From Trichoplax sp. H2 (Eukaryota): 64,000 bases of DNA. The translations under genes and the position numbers were made by a program. The notes under the pieces are model-generated. The model saw only the letters and a program-made list of their open reading frames with translations. It was not told the DNA's origin and did no database searches. Positions 50,694 to 64,000 of the stretch are shown here, in pieces. The first letter of the stretch is position 1, and each line of letters opens with the position of its first letter. The stretch is taken from NCBI GenBank assembly GCA_003344405.1, contig NOWV01000278.1, positions 1 through 64,000 on the forward strand, given 5' to 3'.

Positions 50694-53600
50694 TTACCAG
50701 AAAGTTTGCGATTTTCTAAGTTTCTGATCTTCAATAAATAGTTTTTAAAACGTTCCATGGCTAGAAATTTTATATTGAAATGAAAATATGTTCACAAACC
50801 CTTTCAAATCTTATTTGCAAAGGTAAATTATGTTATATTAGATCTTACCCAAGGTAACATCTGCCACCGGCAATGCAAAGATTATTCTGTACCATCCGCG
50901 TTCACAGCAATAAAAGGCATATCCAGGAGCAGTTCCAACTCCATTTTCTAAAATAGACAACCAGAGCTTTCTCTCTCCTTCCAAATCAACTGACGGCATG
51001 AACTATATGATGCAGCACGATAGTACTGAAATTAGTCACTTGGAAATACTAAGTAAGCCATAGCCGTACGCACAGTATAAATAGTAAAATCATGACAATC
51101 TTAAGACACATTAGAATGGCATAAGAATGGTTACTACTCATGTGCAATAGCATTAGCAGTGAAGCCTTTAATATTCATAATACCTCAATCAAGTCTACCC
51201 ATACAAAGAGTCCAGCCTTAGGGATAACGTATCGAATACCTAATTCGTCAAGAGTTTGACGTACTATTTCGTAGCTTTCCTTTAATCGTCGACGCATGGT
51301 AGGGAAGTAAACGTTGTCGAGCCAATCTTTTAAAAAAATGTCAATTTATTCGCAAAATAATTAATATTTTAATAAAATAAATCGTTACATCGTTACTGAT
51401 TTAATGCAAAAGCTTACGATACCGTAATCAGTGATCATATTGGTCAGTTGTTTCTGTAAAATGAAAAGAGAGAAAAAGAGATAAATAAAGTATGTTCATT
51501 TCATTCCTAAATTTGTCCAAAGCGTTATATTTATTGCAAAAAGTGAAACTATACGGACTTGCGTTGGAGGTGATATTCCACTAAATCGAGAGCATGCTCC
51601 TACTGCTGCTCGAAGCATACTGTTTTGTGTCCAGAGTATTCCTGCACGGAGACCGGAACTGGCAAAGTCCTGCATAGAATTTTGTTTGCAAAATTAACGT
51701 ATTTGCTTCAAGTGTAACGAAAATATTGCAAATTTACGATTGCTATTCACTAGAATAGGCACAGTGGCGGCTAATCCGCTATCGTTTCAGTCGATACTTC
51801 TTATATTATCACGTTAAAATTTGGTCAAGCCTCAAACATACTTTACTGAAAGCCCAGATGAAATGGGTTCTCTCAGGATCGGGTAGTCTGCAATAAACGT
51901 TAATAAATTACTGTGGAAATGTTCGAGAAATTATACGTCAAACATACAATTTGCTAGCTTACTCATTGATCATGCTCAATACGCTAATAATATCAGCATC
52001 AGGTGCATGGTTGGATAAGTAATAGATTTCATCGAATATAATGTGCAGTTCATGCCTATTATGTCGAAAACAAGATAGGTTCCTAAGTTATCAGCTATAA
52101 TTTTTTTTCCAGTATAGTATATCTAAAGTGAATTTGACCTATGAGCAAAGTCTAGATAATCCTTAATCATTTGCTTCGAGAAATAGGAGCCTGAAGGATT
52201 TGCAGGATTAGAAAATAAGAAGCCTTTAACTCTTTTTCCCTAAAATTAAGTAAAAGCTACATAATTAATATTAATAACTATAAAATCTATTCAATTCGGT
52301 ATTTGTTAATAAGAGTAATAACAAGTAACGATGGCATACAATCTCTTTAAAGTGAACAAATAGCAACCTGCGATACTGCTTGCTGTAATGCTCTCTCTAA
52401 GGCTGGAACAGTTAATTGAAAAGGTTCGAAATTAGGTTCTTTAATCTACAATTCATGAATTGTAATCAAACTTTGAGCATTCGATTAGCAGCTTGTGATA
52501 TAGTATCTTTTAGACTTGTTAAATTGCAGGCATACAGCTCCTCCAGCTCTGGAGCGTTACCTCAGACGTAAGGTTCACTGGAACCAATCGAGCTTCCGAC
52601 ATGAATAACAAATCAGATGCAAACGTGCCATAATAGGGGGATGGGACAAGCAAATATTCTATCAAAAATAATCACACCTTTAGTAACAATATCCAAACAT
52701 ATTTCTCATCAACTACTGGTAGTTATAATCTAATTTCCATTATCAGCTTTGATACGCCGATAATATACTAATAGGGATTGTATGGAGTACTGCTGGTGAT
52801 TAATCATAGTAAGTAAGTTCAGAGGTCAAATCTTTAAATTGATTTCACTATGTTAAGGTTTATTCATGGCTATCAAACTCTGTAATAGTACCTTCTGGAT
52901 CACATATAGCATTACCCATAATGCTAATTATGGATGATGCACCACATAAGCCAATTAGCTGTAAGAAAAGATATTTATCAGTGAGTAGTAAAATGATCCG
53001 GTTTGTTAAGTAATATACCTTATACAACAAAATGCAATATATGATTATAAGATGCGTTTTAACGACAATTGCAGTACGTGTATAAAAGAAGTTCAATAGT
53101 ATCATTTATGAGCGATCATACAATGAAGATTGGTAAAATTTTGATTTATATATTGCAATATATGCGAGTAAGCAATAATAGCAGCACTTGACATTTAATA
53201 CAAACATCTATTTATCTCATTTGCAATGGTGTACCTCTTCCTTGCGTACAGGTCTTGGCGATGCTTTAAAATATTTGGTTAAGAAATCTGCCATCGCTTG
53301 GCGGAAACTATGCGGGTATAAAAAAAACTGCTGGTCAGAAGCTACGAGTATATTGGTATGATATTGTTATCAAAGTATGTATGTTTTGGTACTTATTTCA
53401 CTATTATATGGTGCTTCTTGTAATTTATTTGGTATCAATTACATGAACATATCCAAGAAAACATCTTACTAATCTCTGCCAGTCAAGTCTCCATAATATA
53501 ACATTTCTTCAGTAATTTCGATGCCCTCATTCAACTTAATCATAAGAAGGTTTCATTAATTATGTAAAACTATTCGCATACAGTCTATTTACTTCTTCAA

Positions 53601-54302
53601 TCAACATTGATAAGATTGCGTCGTCTAAGCATTGAGGTTAGTACTTTGTTATTTTGCTACATAAGTTCTTAATTCTACAATTCGTACGTATACCCTATTA
53701 TACGTATTGAACAATTTATCAAGTACGTCCTATAGATTAATTAGAAACACTGATGCTTACCTTGGGCAGTAAAATATCGCCAACTGTCTTGTTTTCGCTT
53801 ATATTCATATTGATTATTCCCTAAACAGCAAGCCATTTTGTAAAGTTAGAGGGTATGATTGAGGATAAGGCTTTTCATATTCCGCGCAAAATGATATATT
53901 TATCCGGGGAAATAGGAGTCTTGAACAGTCACGTAACATGTTTATTAATTCATGAATCATTCTACTAACAGTATGGTCGTTACAGGAGTACATACGTATC
54001 TCCTTGTAGGCTAACTGATGAGGAATTGAAGTAAGATAACTATAAATGATTATTCAGTTAGACTATTATTACGATCAGCGTATGAGAACTGTAACTGCTC
54101 TATTTCTTTGGATGCCCTTCCACAATTCATCACTGGGCAATATTGTATCACTTCACTTTACCTGTGGATTCGATTCAGGGTCGTAAGGATTTTTCAGCCA
54201 CAGCATATACGCTTCCAATATCACATCATCTTTAAATGTAACAATGTTATTGCCACGCTTGGACAGACAGTTTTGCTTCTCATTCGAATGAGTTGAGCTC
54301 AT
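50694..54302 (-). CDS. ACCS: ACC synthase-like PLP-dependent enzyme, copy 2 (tandem paralogue)
   Basis: Same exon structure as copy 1, from MSSTHSNEKQNCLSKRG to AMERFKNYLLKIRNLENRKLFW*. No disabling lesion was seen in the exons read. Confidence 0.9.
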
Positions 54303-54340
54303 GGTGATGGAATTGAAAGGTAAAAATGACTTGGAACACG

Positions 54341-54598
54341 ATAGATTTGAAGTCTTGTGCAGCTTAAAGTTCAGCCGTATAGTTTTAATGGTCACTGCGA
54401 TGTAAGCCTGCCAAATAATGTATAGGAAGATAGAAAATGATCAACCTGGAAAGGCGAGCTCTGGTCGGTATAGATTTGAAGTCTTGTGCAGCTTAAAGTT
54501 CAGCCGTATAGCTTTAATGGCCACTGCGATGTAAGCGTGCCAAATAATATATAGGAAGATGGAAAATGATCAAGCTGGAAAGGCGAGCTCTGGTCGAT
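54341..54598. repeat. 129-bp tandem direct repeat just upstream of ACCS copy 2
   Basis: atagatttgaagtcttgtgcagc...gagctctggtcg at 54341 and 54470, with few mismatches. Confidence 0.9.
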
Positions 54599-55087
54599 AA
54601 ATAGTTACTTCCCTCTCTAGCAATCTTTTTGACCCTAACACTGGTAAAAGCCTATAGTATAATACAGTATTATTCAATGTTCTCTTCATTTTTTGGAAAA
54701 ACTCCACAGTTCAGTACTCTACTATAGTAGCACTGTATTATGCTCGGTTTTGACCTACCGTACACTACAGTACACTACAGCATCTATCATTGTAGTGCAC
54801 ACTGTAGTGCCCATTGCAGACTTGCACACTTTCTGCACAGTCATGGTCACGATTAGACCTGACTAACGATTAATCAATTTAATCAATTTTTCTATTTATG
54901 CAACATTTTGGAAATTATGGATTAATTCTTCGCCAATTGTCGTAAGAAATGCTTATAACTGGCTACAATACCTTAATGCTTGTGCATCAAAACAGTTTGG
55001 TTTTTTTGCAAAAAATGAAAGGATTCAATAACCATCCCTTGCAGGCAATGACCGTGATATTACTGTAAAATGGAAGATGGTGTCGCT

Positions 55088-55218
55088 ATGCACATTTTTC
55101 ACTGCCAATTTTCTGATAACCATAGCTACAGATGCACTTCTAACATGGCAGAGAGGGTCCAGATGCACATTTTTCCTTGCCAATTTTCTGATAGTCATAG
55201 TAACAGATGCACTTCTAC
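55088..55218. repeat. ~75-bp-period tandem duplication
   Basis: atgcacattttt..tgccaattttctgata..catag..acagatgcacttcta occurs twice (~55088 and ~55163). Confidence 0.8.
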
Positions 55219-57083
55219 TCTGTGCCTCAGACTACTAAAAGAAAACCGTTTTCTTTGAGTAGTCCATGTCTGTACTCAGTGTGCTTATTACTTTATATTC
55301 CCGAGGCTTTATACAGTAAGAGGAATACGAGATGATAATGTCCAAATTTTAACCTAGTGCTCAATAATTCGATATAGCAAGCAATTATGTCAACCCTTAC
55401 TCTTTATAATTCCAGGATTATAAAGTACTAAAAAGAGTAAGGAATTATTAAGTTTGTGTTCAACCTAACACTAAATAATAGTTCGGTCAAGCAGGCAATC
55501 ATCGCCCGTATTATCTGGGAACTCTTCTCTTTCAGAGCTTTAGAATCGGCTGATTTAGAAATCGAAAGCAGCAATTATGACAACATGATGATTTTATATG
55601 ATAGACAGCGCGGTCAGTGAGCTAATACCAACAAGCGGATGTGTAGCCATCAATTCAGACACCGACTTTATTTATTGAAACCACATCTATTTTAATTACG
55701 GTTTTGCAGACATTTACTTCTGATTCATGGTCGATCGATTGCAGATTTGCGCACTCGATATGGTTATGAACGATCGTTTCAGAGACGTTCTGTCGCTCAT
55801 CTTAGTCGTAATAGCAAGCATCAACTAGTAACTTCAAATTGAAAATGTATTGCTTCATATTCTAATTTCATCTCAAATCTATTCTATGAAATTGAGTAAC
55901 GCTCACGGCCATTGACAGACTAACTATCACTAAATGTATACGGTAGAAATTTGACCAGATCCCAATACTTAATATATTAATTACAAAAGCTTCTTTAACA
56001 TATCCATGGATTATACATAATCTGTTCTCTTATTGTGCCTAGCTTCGCTGTATCATAACCCAGATTATGAAACAGAGAATAAACTCAGAATTTATTGATA
56101 CTAGTACTTAAAAATTTTAAACTAAATAATACTAGAAAAGAAAGATGTTTTTATTTCATAGTTGAAGTAGTATTATGGAATAGCAATGCACATAGGTAAA
56201 GATACCATATCCCTGACTAATTTCAAATAGTAGATTTGAACTCGCGGAGGCCACGTTATATGCTGTAGTAATAAGTTATTATCTTCGAGCATCGAATACG
56301 TGAGCCAAATTTTTTTCTGTTACTAATTTTACTCTACCAAGGAATTTACCGGAAGGAGTATGATATCTCTTTAATTGTTAATAATATTAATTGAATAATT
56401 TATAGCTTCCTTTACTCTACGCTTTAGATTCAATTGAATTACTGTATTAAAATTATTTTAATGTCACAGTAACCCTTCAATAAGCCTTTCAATGACCTTG
56501 ACAGTGAAGTTAGTACAAAGGCAGTGTCCATGCTGCAGTCACGCGAGATTAAAGTTTATCAAATAATTAGACTAAAAGTTTACTGGTATGTTGTATAGTA
56601 ACAATGCTATAAGTTGTTGATATTCATTTTTCACATAAATGATTAACTATTTGACAAAAATTCGTATTCAATGCCTGATTTAATTGCACACCTGATCTTT
56701 TACAACTCAATGTCATTAACAAGGCAGTAATATGAAAAAAAACTGCAGTCAACTATAATCATTTCCCTGTAATTACCTACCAACCTGAGTTGACGTAACG
56801 AAGAATAAATTAATTTCGTTACGAGAAAATAGGTAGAATTTTTAGTGAGAATGATTGCTGTGCTTGGTAGGTAGTCTATGGTTCTTTCGAGTTGAATACA
56901 TGTTCATCATATCATTAACGGAAATAAATGCAACTGAAAAATATCTAAATGTGTCAATAATTAAAGTTTGCCCTTGAGCTATTACCTGAAATCTACAACA
57001 TACCATATTTACCATTTGTTATTGGACTTGGCATATTTTAACTATTGCAGACTAGACGTGGTGCCGTACACGAAGAGGCAGAC

Positions 57084-58064
57084 ATGTATCTTAATGCCAC
57101 ACTTTCTACAATTAAAAGCGATCAGAAATTACTGTTCTCACCTGAAATAATCTCATTATTGTTTCTATCAACGATAGCTATTGTTGGTAACTTATTTAAC
57201 TTAATAGTAATTTATAAATCGCCATTACTGCGTTCTCTTGATAATATTTTACTTATCGCGTTATTGATTACTGGCTTTAGTACTGGGTTAATTCTTATTC
57301 CTTTAATATTATTGGTAAAGTTAACGGGTAATCATGTATTATGCCAAATACAAGGATTTGCAATTACGCTTTTAAATTGTTGCTCGTTAACTTTAACAGT
57401 TGCTCTCAGTGTCGATCGTTGTCACGCTGTTATAAACCCTTTTAGCTATTTGCGTCAATCTAATAAGGCCAAATATACAATAATCATTCTTTCTATAATA
57501 CTGTTTAGCAGTATGATCTCAATATTTCCAATATTAGGCTTAGAAAGATTCGGTTTAGGTAAATATATTCTGGGTTCGATCTGTTGGTGTTCACTTGTTA
57601 TCGATCAAACTAATGTCATAATTCTAACATTTTTAGTCTCGGCTATGATTATCCATATCCTAATAATTATCTTCTGCTATATTATACTCTTCGCTATTGC
57701 ATATCAGAAAGGACATCAAGATCTATCAGGGTCTTTTGGTATTAAGACGCCTTTACGAACTGTTATTTTAATTGTAGGCATGAATATGATTTGTTGGATA
57801 CCCATGATAGTAGTCCTATTACATGGAATATTTCAATATAATCATGGAAGTACGAACGCTACATTACCCTACTGGCGAATTGCAGCTAATATTTCGTTCT
57901 TTTTATTGGACGCCTATATTGCAGTTAATCCGATTATTTATCTAACTACTAATTCGATTTTACGTAAAAAATGGATCTATTTAATGAATCTATTATTATG
58001 CAATGGCAGGCTGGCTTCCTCTAGAAGTTTGCAATTGCCACAACGTCGAAGCTATAAAGTATAA
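57084..58064 (+). CDS. Class A (rhodopsin-like) orphan GPCR, single coding exon
   Basis: Seven hydrophobic segments with GN (TM1), Cys at the top of TM3, DRC, CWIP (TM6) and NPIIY (TM7). N-terminal NAT sequon. First ATG at 57084, with an acceptor-like ttgcag at ~57045-57050. Confidence 0.92.
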   Translation: MYLNATLSTIKSDQKLLFSPEIISLLFLSTIAIVGNLFNLIVIYKSPLLRSLDNILLIALLITGFSTGLILIPLILLVKLTGNHVLCQIQGFAITLLNCCSLTLTVALSVDRCHAVINPFSYLRQSNKAKYTIIILSIILFSSMISIFPILGLERFGLGKYILGSICWCSLVIDQTNVIILTFLVSAMIIHILIIIFCYIILFAIAYQKGHQDLSGSFGIKTPLRTVILIVGMNMICWIPMIVVLLHGIFQYNHGSTNATLPYWRIAANISFFLLDAYIAVNPIIYLTTNSILRKKWIYLMNLLLCNGRLASSRSLQLPQRRSYKV

Positions 58065-61000
58065 TTTATCCATTCATAAAAGTTTCATATACTGGGCTAT
58101 GAAATATTTTCTATTAATCCGGCTATTTACAAGACCTTAGTACTGATTAACCACGTTTCGTTAAGAGTGTTAATTAATATGTTGAACTGATATCAATGAA
58201 AATTCTTGGGTAGATGATTCGCAATTGTCAACCGTTAATAAATAAAAGATAGCAATATATTGGCAACCATTTTTGACGGGATTGGAAATAAAATGGCTTT
58301 CTTTTCGCGCGTAGAGTACACACAAAGCTAGCTATATTAATTAAGAAAATCTAGCGTTTACATTAAATAACGCATATATGAATATTAATGTTGGAATGCG
58401 TTATAGGATAATATACTGATACTGATTTGGACGCGCAGAATTATTGTATCGCAGATCTCGATGTAATCTTTATTCAAAGATGGATTTAAATCCACTCCTG
58501 CCGTATTTATGTGCACGTTATGCCAAAAACATGTTATGCACGAAGCTGTCAATCATGAACGATTAACATTATAAATATGTTAATGTATGAAGATACATAT
58601 AGATATCAATATTAGCTTATAATAACGACGTTCTGGAGTCATACACTTAGATAATTAAATTAAAAGAAACGTTTTGCATGGATATTATAAAAATTAACGT
58701 TAATAATAATTCCTACTGTAGAGGAGCTATTATATTGACTACGAATTCGTTCTAACAATATATAATTAAACCGGCCATCATACACGTATATGGTAAACAG
58801 TTACTTTAATTTGATGACTAGCCGAAAAGATATTTTATAAATCCATATTGTAATATAATTTTTATGGAAATCCGGAAAGGTTAACGTATGTTAAATATAT
58901 TCAATAAATAGCGAAGAAAGATAAAATTCATGCTAAGGAAAAGATGATTTAAATTTATGCTAAAGGCTTTTCTTTTTATTTAATCGTGCTGAATATAATA
59001 CGCTAACTCGTTAAAAGCATTCTTTTATAAAATTTACTAAAGTTCGATAAGTAAACTATTTAGTGTTTACATACTTCATTATCATATCGTTGAGTCATTA
59101 AAGATTTAAATTAGGGTCATTATTAGTTAGTTAATGGAGAAGGTTGGCTACAGGCCTTTCTGAAGAACTTCACCTAATAAAGTGAAATATAATTTCCCTT
59201 TAGTGCATATGAAACCCTTTTTATAAGTATCAAGTACTATATGCTGCGTTGCAGCTTACACTATAAATATCTGCAGCTTTAATATGGCTGGCATTAGCTA
59301 GCGCGGTAAAGATATAATTTTCTTCAAATCTATAAATCTCGTTCTTATCCGCGTATTTGATCGATAAAACCTAATTAAGAAGCCTTAAGGAGCACCTACC
59401 TTTAATCTTACAGATTTTATAACGGTTTGTACGCTTTAAATTAGGTGCTCTTGAGAAATAACCTTAGTTATTACGAAATATCAAGTTCATTTTCAATTGT
59501 GTTTTATCATACTGCAGTATCGGAAGGAGTCTTTCCACATTGAAGCATAATTATTTATTAAATTAGAAAATTTAATACAGTTTCTCTGTAAGCAAAAAGA
59601 CGAGATATTTATGCTAGTGTTTCTGAATGGGAACTACCTAGTAATCGAAAGAAGGCAAGGTCACTAAATTTTATTACCTTTATGGTTAGATAGCAACCGT
59701 GGTGACGATACAAGTTTATAATACAGCTTATAATTTCTAACTGAAAATGATTGAAATCCTGAGGATGTATGAATTTAAAAAAGCAGATCTTAAAGAAAAT
59801 CAATAAATTTCGAAATTCGGCTTTATTATGACATAAAATCTTGATAAATTATCAGCTATTTGTATTATTAGATAGGATAATTGCTGCAACTCAAGGTATA
59901 AATTTATAGCACATACAGTAAGAGCAATAAACCCAAGATAAGAAAATATAAGCTATTAAATTATTAGCATTGCTTGTATTGTATGCTTAAGTACAGACTA
60001 GCAAGCTGACTCATCCTAAAGTTAAACTTTTAAACAAACATGACGAAGAAAACAGAATTTTTGGCGGTGGAAGTTACGTACTTTGGATTCAGGTCTGGGA
60101 AGGCATCACGTGAAATATTGCTTACAAGTCTAGTGTTAATAGATTGCGTAATCACCTGCGAAAATGTAAACTTTCTATTCATATTAATTTAGAAATAACA
60201 GAAATGAATAGCATAGCCGTATACAAATAAAGAAAAATTCATGATGGTGAAATGCTTTTGGTGAATAAGTCGTAAGTATGCAGATCATATTTTTATGGAA
60301 CTCTAATATCTGTCATAATAAAAGCATTAGTATAATGACGATTTATGTAAATGTATAGTGCTTCCCACATATTACGAAGTATGAGATACTGTAATTTCAA
60401 AATTATATCCTAAGATTGTATTTTAGTTTCATCTTTGTGCCTCAAATTGTGAAAAACTAACTTACAATTTCAGTCGTGTTATCATCATGCAGATGTATAC
60501 AGCTGTAAAATATTACAACTGATGATGAAATACGTACATCTTTTAGCGATAACTTAAAAGTTACACCAGTTGCAAGCACTTTCAAGTAAATTCAAAAAGT
60601 GTACTATAACCGGTTACTGTTTCTATTGACGATCATAAAAATTCCTTACAATATTTATTTAAATTTGCAACTAAATATATTGTGTCAGTTAACATGCTGT
60701 AACTTTCATGTTCTCAACTGATTTGCACTTTGGACATTGGCTTTCAAGTCTGGATGTATGGTGTTGGTGGTAATACATCAAGTAATTAAAATTTTATTAC
60801 TAGATATTATGCTAATCACACGAATACGTGATAGTTACCCATTATTGAGAGTATACGACCTTTGCATTACCCGAATTTCGCAAACATCCGCTAGTAAGAG
60901 TGAGTAGTTTTAACGGTTAAGGTAACCTAGAGGGCTAATTATATCAATCTAAAGAATAGAGTTGCTACTTTATAATTATTCGCATGTATATCATAAAAAT

Positions 61001-62478
61001 ATGATATCTCTATGTTAAAGGTGCAGTAACCGCTCAAAATTAGACTATGTGTTAGTTCATAAAACTTGACTGTAATTGTATTGATAGGAACTTGCCAGAG
61101 AGATCTGGTGATATATCGTAATAAAGTATTTTTAACTTCAGGATTGCTTAACTTTTTGTAGCCGATACGGTGGTCTGTAGCAACATACTAAATTATCTAC
61201 TTTGAACGAAAGACTTAATGATAGAGACAGAGCTTACCATTATAATAAGATGAAAGCATTGCTGATTAACCGGATTGTTTTATCATCTTGTTAGAATTAC
61301 GACACATTTAATATCTAGATTGGTATTTAACATGAAAAGTCTGAATTTTTATTATCCACAATTACAGAATTGGGCAAATTAAAATTAAATGATAAGATTA
61401 GTATTATCAAATTGTACAAGTAGAATTCCAATGAATTACGGTGGAAACAGAAAGCCCTCGAAATGGATATAGTTACATTATTTTATTATCATATTCTTTG
61501 ATGTTTGATGTACTTTTATGCCCATATTGAAGTTATAACGGCTGGAGCTGCGAAAACAATTATATTATAGTGGGAAATAATAATACAAAAATATTGGTAC
61601 AGTTAATGAATTAGCTCAGCTAAATCAATAAATAGTGATAATTACTATATGTATCGTAAGTAATGATCTTTAGGATAATTACAATTTTAGAGGCAGCAAA
61701 ATTGAAGTTTATTATATTATTACGTAAATTGAACCATTTTATGGAAATCATTTGGAGTGCTTATTGTAGAATGTGATCGTTATCTCTCAAATAAGAAGTA
61801 TTAGGATGATGGTACAATCGCGTCTACTGACTTCCAAATTAATCTAGCCTGAAAATTATTTTATCAGGTACAAGTAAATAGGCAACTTTATATCGCTATA
61901 AATCAGACTATTCGATAATTAGAATTACACTAATGTGATATGATTCGATCGCTTTAGGCTTATGATTGCAAGTATATTTATATATATTTTAGATTTTAAT
62001 TTTAGTAATTGTGAGAGCTTGAACCGTTTAATTAAACAGGTACGCTTTAACACATTAAATAAAATCGAGGAGAGTTAAAGATTACGCAACCTTGCAGAAG
62101 ATACACGGTAACGTCTTACTTCGCACAAAATGTAAAGAAACAGACGAAACATCATTCGTTCTGATTGATTTTGTCTATTTCAAACTGAAAGTATGCTTGT
62201 GAGATAAAGGGAATGCCATTGGTATTATCGCATTAGATACGAAAACGAATGGCTCGATTTTTCCAAGTAATGTCGATAATCCTCCATGGTATCTGATTCC
62301 TTATTCTCGATAATATGCTTGTTTTATAAGTATACTTGTGGATCTTGCGCAGTTTTTAGCATGTAATGACGTACTAATTCATTTTAGGTACAAGCATGAG
62401 AAAGATATAAGGTTTAATGGCGATAATAACACCAAGTACACTATAAATTATGGAATTTAGATCAATTTTTTGAATCCA

Positions 62479-63819
62479 TCAAACTGAATAAGCAGTAGAA
62501 TGAGATCTTGGCCTTGGCTGATATTTCTCGGATTGTTCAAGACACGGCGCACTTTGATTACGTTTTTTAAACGAAGAAATCCTTTGGATCATACGAGGTA
62601 CCTTACTTGTTTCCGTAATTTGAACCTTTTCTTGCAGAACACATCGTATTTGATTGACAACATCGTGGAATATACTACGAACACGATACGAGTTGCCTTT
62701 TAACGTTGCTGCACATTCATAAAATGAACAGCCAAATTCCCAAGCTAATTCTTCGCCTTCCTTTCGGCTGACCATACGTTGGTCAGTCAAATCAGTTTTA
62801 TTAGCTACAATAACCAATGGCAAACTTTGTAGTTTAGTCTTTTTGCGACTAGTCCACCATTTCTTTCTCATAACTATTTGTTCGACAAACTGTCTTGCCA
62901 TTTGAAAACTTAATCGATCAGTAACTGAGTATACAACAACAAATCCATCCATTCTTCTTAGATATTCAGATGGAATTTTACCATTGCTGTCCTATTTGGA
63001 GAAGGTGGATATTTAATCATAGTCGATTTCGTACTGTAGATAATTGCATACAGATCATAAACTAGTGCACTAACGATGTATAAATAGCTCTGAAACTGAT
63101 CGTGATTATTGACCATAGTGTTATTTAAATCTCCTAATCTGAACTCATATCATAGATTAATATCTTAGGTTTAAATGACTTGAAGAATTAGATTAATTAG
63201 AATGGAATTAATTTCAGTATAATTTTAAATGTATTTAAAACAATCTTGGTAAATTTAATTTTAGATATAGCACAGTATATAATGATCAATGTGGTCATAT
63301 ACGGCCACCAGTTGATATGTCATAAAGAGTTGACTAAACAGGTAAAATAATCAGAGTTATACTAGTAAAATAACGTTGTAGACCGTGAATAAGCACTATG
63401 ATGTCATAATCTCAATCTTTCTCAACTCTAATGCTTTAAATTTTTATTTATTTCAATGACAATAACAATCAATAGTCTACAAGCTAAGGAACGTCTTAAT
63501 CATGTTATGGAACAATTGTTTGAATAGTCATCAATTGTCTGATTTTAATGTTAATTTTTTTTGTATTGAAAGTGGAGGAGGTTAAAGTTAGGCAAAGCAT
63601 ACAGTAAAGGTAATTTCAATCATTGCCTTACGTTATCATTATTCCGCCAGATTGAAATCGCTCTATTAATTGATAGCTACAGTATTCTTTACCATAAGCA
63701 AAGGATCGATTTTTAGTTAATGCTACTTACTTGGCCAATGGTATCCAAAATATGTAAGGAAGACTGAATGCCATCAATTTCGTCAGTTGTTTTGAAGACA
63801 GTTCCTTGATGAAAATTGT
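62479..63819 (-). CDS. Ras-family small GTPase, RERG/RASL11/RASL12-like, 5'-partial
   Basis: Exons 63819-63731 (..EIDGIQSSLHILDTIGQ, G3) and 62991-62479 (DGFVVVYSVTD, NKTD = G4, ECAA = G5). No CAAX box. The G1-containing exon is probably beyond the window. Confidence 0.85.
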
Positions 63820-64000
63820 CTGAAATTAATGCAAATGAGATATGATTAATTCATTTACAACAACAATCATAGCAACAACATTAAACTTCAATTAAAAAAC
63901 ACTTGTTGATTAGATAAGAATTCGTATGGATTGTAAACTAATTGGTAAGTGAAATTGGAATGTATTTTCCAGATCTTATAACACAAATTAGAGGTATATA

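Noticed and set aside
55070..55258. 62-aa ORF with an internal repeat
   Set aside because: Explained by the ~75-bp DNA duplication, with no other coding evidence.
1..64000. CRISPR arrays, tRNA/rRNA genes, prokaryotic operons
   Set aside because: No repeat-spacer pattern and no recognisable structural RNA gene. The genes are intron-containing and eukaryotic.

Overview
AT-rich eukaryotic genomic DNA with short GT-AG introns and several N gaps flanked by duplicated, allele-like sequence. Base composition, intron sizes and gene content suggest an early-branching animal such as a placozoan (Trichoplax-like); this is inference only. The first ~32 kb is gene-poor and carries several solo LTRs (TGT...ACA ends, 5-bp TSDs), two of them with the empty allele assembled alongside. 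The right half holds a 97-aa three-exon gene absent from the ORF track. It carries the Spo12-family motif SPTDNMMSPCSQKL and a C-terminal KEN box, and lies head-to-head with a compact SUV420H/KMT5 H4K20 methyltransferase. Next come a SYCP3-like synaptonemal complex gene, two tandem ACC-synthase-like (ACCS) PLP enzyme genes, a class A GPCR with a single coding exon, and the 3' part of a RERG/RASL-like small GTPase. The top finding is the Spo12-like gene in an apparently animal genome, with a putative CHR/CCAAT cell-cycle promoter. All gene models were assembled by eye and need RNA-seq or HMM confirmation.
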